The notes below the pieces were generated by a model. The model was given only the letters and a program-made list of their open reading frames with translations. It did no database searches and was not told the origin of the DNA. DNA of 63,201 nt, counting the filler, from Platydemus manokwari (lineage: Eukaryota): the NCBI GenBank assembly GCA_037951405.1. It is 5 parts of 5 records of this genome, joined end to end, with 100 filler letters (N's around TTAATTAATTAA, not from the genome) between each part and the next. Parts side by side here need not be neighbours in the genome. Positions count along the whole stretch, not along the records: positions 28,712 to 41,894 come from JBBMOY011805835.1; 4 more parts are not named here. One strand, written 5' to 3'. Shown one piece after another: positions 28,712-39,600 of this stretch. The position numbers and the translations under genes are program-made. Within the stretch, counting starts at the first letter, position 1; the number at the start of each line of letters is the position of its first letter.

Positions 28712-30839
28712 CAATAGTTTTACTTGTAAGTAATCTTATCATAATTTATTTTAACAATAATGCATTATAATTATAAATTATATTCATTCAGCAAGATTGT
28801 TTGAAAAAAAAACTTAAAAAATTATTTTAGATTTTTATAAAATACATTTGAGCATATTTTGTAAATGAATATTTGCAATATGTTCATTAATTCGTGTTCT
28901 AAATGAATTTCTTGTGATACACTTATTATTATTATATTATTTTATTCCACTATTTATTAAAATTCCCTCATTATTTCATTTCAGAAATTGTCTTTGATTT
29001 TAATTGAGAAGTATAAATGTTTGAGAAGAAATATTTACATAAACATTGATTACGGACAAATGGAGCACTATCAGTAGATGGTGAAGGGTATGATTTCAAT
29101 TATAAAATGATTTCAGTTGAGATATTTGTGTAATCTTTATTTTAATTAGATTATTTTAAAAAACACATGGGTTAGCTTTAGGAATATTTTTATATTAACC
29201 TTCAGCTTTACATTTTTCTATGAATTCTTCATCAAGCGAGTAGATTTATGTTAAAATTATTATCCACGGATCTGTTGAAGACAACGATAAATATTCAAAT
29301 GTCAACGGAACATTTTAGAATATGAAATACATTGCCAACCATAACTTATCAGCATCCTATCAGTCAAAGAAAATTCAGAAAAAACTATAAATGTATCTGA
29401 TCTCTTAGCTTTTGAAAACACAGATATCAAATACAGTACATATTTAGGATGCATAAATCAAAATCATACAAGACAGAAAGTCGTTGGTGAAAACTATTTT
29501 CTCCAAAGAAGAAGAACAGTGTTCAATGGTTTATATTGTTATTCACTATTGGCCATTAATCCAATAGAACGAGTTCTATATATTCTAATTTAAATTCAAA
29601 GTTTGATTACAAAACTAATCTCTTTCAAGAAATCTAATACTTGTACTTACGTAACAATACAACATAAAAATATATTCAAATTATACTTATAAAGGGAATG
29701 AAAAGCGATTCGACAAAAATCAACCCCTTAAAAGTTTCATATATATTTAAATAAATTTACTGGATGCTTTCCTGCCAGTATCTTCATGTTCTCTTATATA
29801 GCTAGGGTATAATTATGGTCTTGTGTCACTCAATATTGTGCCTTACCTTTATTATATCACCTAATTGTGTAACTGTGATTGTGCAAGTGTCCCCAATAAT
29901 TGTGACTATTACCTTATGAGTCACTAGTAGAAATTCTCAGCTTTTATTTATTTAATGCCGGAATTTATTATGGCAGAAAGAAATTCTCTATGATAAAATT
30001 TGTTTTTTATACGTATCATTTAAATACCATAATTATTTTATTGATTAACACTGCTTATGAAGCGCGATAATATGTGACTATCTACTTGTTAATGTTATTT
30101 CATTAAAGCTTGTTTTAAGTTGATTTAATTTCTAATGGTTTCTACTTGTTAATATAAATGCTGAATTCTTTCAGTATGTGTGTTATTATTTCGGGTTTAA
30201 TTTCAATATAATAATTTCGTGGTATTTTATTTCTTTTCACAAACTTTCAAGAATTACATAAAATGTAATTGTTCATGAATAATAATAATTATTATTATCA
30301 ACTTTATACAACAAACTGTTACTTTTAACACATTAATTCTCAGATTTTTGTCTTCAGTAGAACCCTTCTCGGATTATTGTACCCCTATAAATGCACATAT
30401 TTACTTCAATGACAATTATCAATTTCGGTAGCTTTATTATAAAGTTGTTAGCTTGGAAAAAATAAAAAGTTAACTAAGCTATATTATTTCTTATAGTCTT
30501 GACTGAATTATCTTACTTAATAATATTCCGTTTGAACTTTCTTAATAATAATTTCTATTGAAACGGGTACTATTCGAGATTAATCTTGATGATAATAATA
30601 AAGCTTATTTCAATATATTTATAAAAATGAAGGTTTACTGATTTTCCATTAGTTTTTCTTTAGTATTTTTAATCATTGAATTATAAAATAAGCATTAAAT
30701 TATTCATTTATTTGACAATAAGTCTCTTGTCAAGATTATTTTACATGGTATTAAAAATAATGCATGAAATCAGGTAACGTTAAGTTGTATAGCAAACGTT
30801 AGATTACTCCAGTCGTAATAATTTTTTGAATACTTAAAT

Positions 30840-33729
30840 TCAAAAGTAACTTCTTCGTTTATATTGAAGGTGATAATTATCATTAAGATCAGCATTTACT
30901 CCTTCAACAATTGTGTTATCCCCTGGTTCGACGTTATCGACTGATCTTGATTTGGATTTCGACTTCATTTTCGACATGGGTTGATCTGTTTTAGCAACAG
31001 ATTTTTGTTGACTGGTTACCGATTTATCATTGTAAACTGAAGAAGAATTTACTTCACGAGATACTTTGCGTAATTCCTCCTTTTTGGACTTTGGTGCTTC
31101 TTCAGAGCTGTATTGCTTACTCTGTTGGCTTATAACTTTGGTTGGCATGCGGACGTCTTCATCTGAAGGTGTTCCAACTTCTTCATAATCCATTTCCAAC
31201 TTTATCAGATCATCTCGAGCTTCAACGAATTCACCTTCTTCCATTCCTTCACCAACATACCAATGAACAAAGGCTCGTTTATTGAATAAAAGATCAAATT
31301 TCTTATCTAGTCGTTGCCAAACTTGAGCCACAGCAGTCGTATTACAAAACATTGTACAATTTCGTTCCGTAGGCGCTATCTCTGATCCTGGGACAATTGT
31401 TGGTGGCATGGGACTGATACCTAATTTAAAACCAGTAGGACACCAATCAACGAAAGATATGTCTGTTCTTCTTTTAACCTCATAAACTCCCAGATTGACC
31501 TGCCTTGGAGTTATTAATCCACGATATTGAATACAGCACGACATATACTTTCCAAGCCTTAAATCGCACTTTATCAGCTGGTTAGATGATTCGAAAAGCT
31601 CACGAGTAAGCTCTGTTATGCTCATTTTTTCATGATTTGCTCGATGAGGATCAAGAATTGGAGCGTAATTTACAGCGGGAAAATGAATCCTTGGATACGG
31701 AACTAAATTCGTTTGTAATTGCAAAAGATCATGATTCAAAGACGATCCAAATCTGATTGACACCGTCATTGCACTAAAAATCTGTGCCAAAAGTCGATTT
31801 AGATTGTTATAAACTGGTCGAGGAATACTTAATTGTCTCGTACAAATATCGAACAAAGCTTCATTATCAATAAGCATAACAACGTCAGTGTGTTCGATTG
31901 ATTTAGAGGCAGATAACAATGCATTGTATGGCTCAACAATTGCAGTTGCTAATTGGGGTGCTGGATAAATACATTGCTGAAATTTAGCACTCTTCGAATA
32001 CTCGATATCCAAATGTTCAAAAATCAATGCTGACAAACCAGATCCAGTGCCTCCTCCATAACTATTGAGTACTATGAATCCTTGTGCAGCCTGGCATGCA
32101 TGAACACATTTTCTCAATTGATCTAGGAATCTCTCAATAACATTCTTTCCAACTGTAAAATGGCCACGAGCAAAATTATTAGCTGCATCTTCACAGCAAT
32201 TGATGAGATAATCTGGATGCCATAAATGACGATAGTTAGCTGTTCGAATTTCATCTATAAATAAATTTAATGGGTAAATATAAAAATTTGGATAAAACGA
32301 AGGATGACTGGTTATGACCATCATGAGAATTATTATTATTATTTAATACATTTTCAATTTCAAAAATATTATAATTCATCATTGACTTATTATAATTTAG
32401 ATTTCTTTTTTAATTAGCCCATTCGTTCAGTAAGTTCTTTTCAATAAAAAAATTTCAAATAACTATAAATGCCATGGTAAATCCAAAGATGCATTTCAAA
32501 TTTATTAAAAATTGTTTTTTTCAAAAAGACTTGTTATAAAGATTCATAAAAAACACTTTTTAAATTAAATAATATTTAATATGATGTATTTTTGAAAAAT
32601 AAATTAAAAATCCAATTATTCCTCGCAAGAGCTCTTAACTGTATTAGTATCCGAATTTTGTAAATATCACATGTTTGCTTCATATCTTTTCCCTGTTTAG
32701 TTGATAGTCGTTATCATCAAAGATTTTGCTTAGCATCAAAACATTATCAAATTGAACGTCGGTTTGTTTCTTTAAATTGCAGTAATGGCTCTTAGATTCT
32801 CTCTGAGAATTTCTCAAGTATTGTCTTTGCTAGTAACTGCATTTGATGTTTGAGGAGGATTTTTAAAGTGAGTTTTTATCAAAACTTTTTAAAAATGCCA
32901 TATGAAAGAATGTTTTACATTTTAATTTCAAAATTGAGCTAAATATCGGCATATAGAGAATCTAGCATATAAAAGTATCATTCAATATAGAATTTTTGAA
33001 TCTTAATTTGTTGTTTATTTGACAAAACAATGCATTATTTTTACAAATTTACTACTATTTTAGTGATCATATAAGATTAATGATGACATAAATAACATAA
33101 TACTTCCTTTGTATTTTAATAAAAATTTCAACCAATGCACCTGTCGAATTGAATTTACAATATTCTTAATATTAAATCATCGTCTGAATTAGTTAGCTTG
33201 TGATAAATAATACATTGATATTTTAAAAAATAAAAACTTTTTGAAACACGGGTAGGTGACCATATTCAATTCAATTGGCAAGCTTATGAGTTTAAAAAAT
33301 AAGTAGCCTAACACACAGTAAAACCTTTAGATGATGAATAGTGAATTAAATGGAATAAGACTTTCTTAAAAAATTATTTAGAGTATTTTCTGTAATATTA
33401 ATTTTTTATTAAATAATAAAATCGTATGCTAGAAAATAATCCACTAAAGAACCCATAAATTACCTATAACAGTTGGTTCCAAATCTATATTTATAGCACG
33501 TGGAACATAATTCCCACTTGGTACTTCTTGAAAGAACGTATGAAAACCAATATTATGCTCAAATCTTTCAGTTTCACGAAGTTTACCGTTTGCTTCGATA
33601 CCATGTTCAATACAAAATAATTCCCAAGCTGCGTTGGCCATCTGTATACCGGCTTGACCAACATTAATGCAAATAACTTCTCTCTAAATTCGTATTGTAA
33701 CGAGATTCATTTATCAATTCACATACCAT
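30840..33729 (-). CDS. Divergent alpha-tubulin, 545 aa, 3 exons, with long C-terminal extension
   Basis: Exons 33729-33727 (ATG), 33683-33464 and 32254-30840 total 1638 nt. The introns after codon 1 and within the PTVI/D codon match conserved alpha-tubulin intron positions. Motifs: [85 protein letters not shown]. Confidence 0.95.
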
Positions 33730-36685
33730 ATTTTTTTGTTGTCAACTTTTGATTGAATTTTTATTTTTAAATAAATCTGATCTGCCAATTTAGACAGAGA
33801 AATTCTTAAGTATTTCCAACAATCTTGTTGAGTTCAATATCGGAAAGTCAATTTGAAAATTGATTTTGTTTTTCAAAAATATCTAACGTTAATTATTTTC
33901 TAAATTTCTTGTTTGAAAATTTTGTCGTCGAAATTTCATAACTTCGGATTGTGGAAGATGAAGATTTCAAAACAGGGAATAATGTTTTTAAAATATGAAA
34001 TGTAAATGTCGATAAATTTAATATATCAGGAGAAGATTGTATTTTCTGTATTTGTTTATCCTATCTCAAATAATGGACTATTGATCAATGATTTTGTAGT
34101 AAGTATTCAGAAAAAAGTGATTGTTCGAAGCTACTCAATCATAAAACTTCCTAATTTATTCTTTTACTTAGCGAAGCCTTTTGTTAGGGGATGGATAATG
34201 ATGTTATGTGCTACAGACGATGATAAATCCTGAAGTTTTCCAATGTTTCTTGAGTCTTTGGTTCTGACATTTTTAACATACTCTCTAATTAAGTTAATAG
34301 TCGTGCTAAATGTTATTCCACCACTTACCAGTACAACAATATCGTATATTATTATAATGCCTTATTTGGAGTTCTTAATATTGAATTCAAACGAATAATT
34401 TGGAATATTAGGACAATTGAACGAAACCATCATAAGATTCATAATCACATTAATGGATTCAATGGATACAAATTTTTATGAAATTTTTGTTTTAGAAAGA
34501 TATTTTTCAATATTTATACGAAACTCAAGGGAGAATTTGAGAAGTTTTTTGTTGCATAATGAGTGTACATTGGTATAGATCTCAAATCAATAAAATATTA
34601 ATAAAAATTCATTATATATCAAAGTAACTTAATTTCGAAATAGCATTAAAATTAGTGAATACAATATCAGATAATTAGATAAAACCGAAAATAATAAATT
34701 TAGAGTTAAACACCATGTCTGAATAGTTTCTTCTTTAAAGCCTGTCAATAAAAAAATGCTTACAGTTAAAAACATTTTATACAATGGAATTTATAAATAA
34801 AATTCATTCAGAAAAGTGGATACATATAAGATACTTGTTGAATGGTGTTCTATTACATAATTTCCTGATTAGAAATTTTGTATCACATATTCATGTTTTG
34901 GAAATATAAAAGACATGAGCATGTTTCTCAAAATCATGTCGAAATCAATTCAATTACTTAACCAAAGGAATCGACCAAAATATTGAACAATCTCAAATAT
35001 TTGTAAATAAATATGGTCTTTAAATCTAAACTTAGATTAACCATGTATTTTGATGTGTTTCGGGTTTGTCGTTTTTTGTTTAACTTATCAATCTCCGATT
35101 GTATTATTTCTATTATGGAATTTCAATGTCGTCTTATCAACCTCACGTGGTTTTAACCAAACCAAGGAACAATTCGAAAGCTTATGTTGCTTTCTGTTTT
35201 CGCCCCACACTCAATATTATATGATGATAATATGAATGGCAACAATTTTATGGTTAACCCTTTAATATTATACAATTCTCAGACAATGAATAGGCTTTTG
35301 CTTCACTGAATATTTATTGACACTACAATTAAGACACCAAATAAAAAGTACACTCAAACGATTTGTCCTAATAAATTCTGGAATAAGTTACGGTTAATAC
35401 ACTCCACGCTTTGGAGTAAAACCAAATTACCGTCAGAAGGGTGTCTGAGACACAGCTCGATAATAAGACAATAAACGATAGATACGATCATATTTTATAC
35501 AATAATTGGACTCAGGTTGATTGACAATAGATTACCGATATACATCTGTACAGTAATGGCCCTTCTAATTCAAATAATACAGGGTTTCCGTAATTCTAGT
35601 CATATTCGCAATTTCTATGTGTTCGGATTCTGGTATTTTAAACCCCCTTATATAGTTTTCGTGAACAATGTTTTATCGTCACGCATAAAATTTTTAATCT
35701 TTACAATTAAACTTATTCCCTGCGGGTTTTATTTTTCTTTACTCATTCAGAATCTTATAAGAAATATTTCAGAATTGTTTTGGAAAATAGATTTTGATAG
35801 CCACTTTAATTGTCAATTTATTTAATTAAATATCAATTCTTATATTTCAAAATATAAATATATTTTTAACCGTATCTCAAACATATAATAATTATTATTT
35901 CTTTATAAATAATTAATTATTAAGAATTCGTCAGGACTTTGTTACAAAATAAATTGATACATTTTCTTTAATCAACCAAAAGCAATTTTATTTAAGATAA
36001 ATTGTCTAAAAATAAAATGGCATTAATTCATGCGAATATCGATACAATTGTTATGTTACTAAATATGCATCAATACAACTACACGGTTATTGTCAATATT
36101 ATATTGTTACAATTTGTTTGATTTATTTGTCTCCCCAACAATTCCATAATTTAATATTTATGATAAAATTTATCTCTTATTCATTTTGGATAGAGTTAAT
36201 TATGTATGTTACCTCACTGAGTCACAATCATCAATCAAAATCACAGCTTAGTTTCCAATGTCATTGAAATTATTGTAACAGTATTGTGAAGTCTTATTTA
36301 TCTGATAGAATGAATTATTTATAGTCTTTAGCTGGTCAGGATTTTTAGATTCTTATTTTTAGTATTTTCGCCACCATATATTAAAACCAATTTTATGAAT
36401 TACTAATAATTTTTAAATGTCACTCGGTCATGTATTGTCTTTTTCTCGAGACACCGGTAAACTTTGATTTTCAACGAAAACTCTAAAATTTCTAAAATAT
36501 TTTTTAAATTAACTTTTTTGTTATAAACTTTACAATATGTGTTGCTGTGAATTGAAACTCAAAAACTCAAAATCAAATCAAGCGGATTAAAATGTTCAAA
36601 ACATGTAATTTGAAAATATAAACCCGACAAACAATTGAAAGCATAATAAATATTAAATGGAAAAATAATAAGGCTTCGATGATTA

Positions 36686-39600
36686 TTATTGAATGATACA
36701 GATAGAACTAGATACGACTTTCTTGTCGATCTTATTGGTGATTCCGTTAACGGGTTGCAATCTTTGAATTTCTTTCTGGAATTATCAAAAACAATTATTA
36801 TTATTATTGCTATTAATGCTCAATATATTTTGATGTTCAAAGAATTTAACTTTATATGCTATAGTTTGTTTTAATAAACATCACTAAACAAACACAACTA
36901 AACAAATCATTTTGTATAAATAATCGAAACATTTTATTTCTAAAAATATAAATATAAAAATTCTATAGTGATAATATTTTCGACTTAATCACCACCATAA
37001 ACCTACAAAATAACACACCTGCAAATGATCGATCACCAAGTTGCTCTGAACAAGTTGATGTTGCTGACATTTCAATTGTTCCTGCAAATTGACCAATTGT
37101 TCTTCAAGATGTCTTTCCCGACCGCTTTTCGTGATCAAACTCGACAGAGGTTGTTTAAATGTATTAATTAAGTTGTCCCCATCCTTGTAAGTTGGTAAAG
37201 AAATCGTATCTAATGAATCTGATGATGATTTCTGATATTAAAAACAAATTAATTACATTCCTAATTTGTAATCAAAAATAATTTTTTATTTATATTTTAC
37301 TTTAAAACAAAAGTCCATATATAGATTTGAAATGAAAATCCATCTTAATATCAATTATAATATTTAATTTCAAAGTTTTAATTCATGGTGTGTAGTATAC
37401 AGTCAAACTTGCTAATTATCGCTTGTTATGTTCCAGGAAAAATCAAGATATTAGCAAAGTTTAGTTAAAGACCACTGAAAATCAATAGGTAAAGAATTTT
37501 TTTATTTATTACATTATCTGAATGCATTTTCCTAAAGGAGATTTATTTATCCACAACTTAATCTGTTGAAATGAGCTTTACGCTTGTCAAAGAACTTCCA
37601 TTCTTCGGTTCCATTGGATAGTAGAAAATATTTCGATATATCGACAAACGAATCAGTCGAAATATTATTCATTCACTAATAAAAAAACTTTTTTTGGTAA
37701 ATTGAAAATCGAAAATGAAAATTCATAATTTATTCATCATCGTTTCGGAAATTTGATGAATAATATAAGAAATGACACAAGTAATAAGTATAACGTAAGA
37801 AATATAAATGATATGAATAATGGCTGATTTAGTTGTGTTGACATTCGGAAGTAGAGGAAACAAGGCTATTCAATTATTAGATTGGACTCACACAATTACA
37901 TTTGGAACTACTGAAAGATGTCTGATCACTCGTCGAATATATGCGCAATGAGTTCTTGGATGTGTTATTTTTAAAAGTAATCAATCTAGGTGAGCATTTC
38001 ATCAATTCAGTTTCCGAACCACATGAATTGACATTGGAATTGTCGACATCATTCACAGCATCGATCAATTCATTTTTTATCCAAGTTGGTATCTAAATCG
38101 ATATAATTAACTAAATGACCAATATATCATGACACAATGGAGTCCAACTGTATCGGTTTCGGAAACTTTTTCATCGATGTCTCCAATATTTCCAGATACA
38201 CCATCAATATTGATCGACGAATCGATTCGTCTCGAAGAACCACGCAAATTATTCAACTTTGACGAATCAGTTTTCTTTCTTCTGAAATAATAAATGATGA
38301 GAAATGTTATTCGTTACAATATTCATGTTTGATCAGAGAATTTTCTGAATTCTACCATACATATCTCAACAGAAATATTTTAAGAATTATTTATTTAAAG
38401 TAACCCTGCCACTGTTTTGGATCTCCTTCGTCGTTTCGGTGGAGGGGCTGTAGTCTCTATTTGAACTAAAAGACTGTGATCTTGATATGTTATACAATTT
38501 GACAAGCAAATCAATTCTCTGTTGACACAATCATTGTCGGGATTTTTCAAACTAGATATAGATATTATAAAAACAAATTATCATTAAAAGCCCACTGTAA
38601 AATGAGAACTGGTGTGGTATAAATCTTTGTCCTGTGATTGGTTTCATCGTGGAGTTCATCCAGTAAATGAGATGAATGATGAAATTGTGGAAGTGAGGCT
38701 GATAAAAATGCAAATATAATTTGAAAAGTATTTCATAATATCAGAAACAAATAATACAATTATATGTGATAAGGTGAGGTAATTTTGAGTTCATTATATA
38801 TCAATTTATTTTATAGAATTTAATATTTGCTATTTTAATTGATAAAATAAAGTTTTTAGTATATCGGCTCGTTATTATTCGTGAGAATAGTGATAAATAT
38901 TGTTCCTGGTGTCATAGTATAATAATAATATTTATTCATAAAACATTGGATTTTATTTTTAACTTTGGTAAGTTAAGATTCCAAAAATTTAGCTTGTCAG
39001 AATAATCACTGATATCAAATCTTCTCAATGAGTAATCATCAGTCGCTTTCAAAATTTTCTGATACTGTTTTACTCACTAGCAAGAGAAGTCTTCAATTAA
39101 ACACTGTCACGGGAGATAAAAAGTCATTGATCGGTTTGTTAGGGAAACAAATTTTATTATTGTGAAATATTTTTTATTAGTGAACATATCAATAAATATT
39201 GTCACTAGCACCATGGTACAGATTACTCATAAAAGTCCGAATAATTTAAAGAAATCTCAAAGATAAATCTTTTATAATTAAAAGACTCGATTGTTATTAA
39301 TAGTTTCTAGTCATTTTCGTTATATTCGTTATTCAACTGAAAATATGAGATAATTAAAAAGAAACATAACTAAATTAAAACCCTTAATTAAAAATCTTAA
39401 AATTTAAAAAGGTCAAAAATTTTTAAAACAAATTAACAATTAAAATTACTAGTATGGGAAGCTTAAATGTTTTTAATATATTTCAAGCTTCCTGAGAAAT
39501 ACGATCAATAATTTAGAAGAAAAAAAACATTAGAGAATCAAAATAATTATCAAATAAAAAATCATAATTTTACCTGATGGTAAAACACAATTCAGATTAA

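Noticed and set aside
32255-32324. ORF-track N-terminus [10 protein letters not shown]... of the 494-aa tubulin ORF
   Set aside because: Intronic read-through; the true exon starts at the acceptor at 32254 and joins upstream exons to give MREVI.
33316-37467. Two short CAGT-starting imperfect inverted repeats (33316-33392, 37400-37467), possibly Tigger/pogo MITEs
   Set aside because: The ends are too degenerate and the TA duplications incomplete to call without copy-number data.
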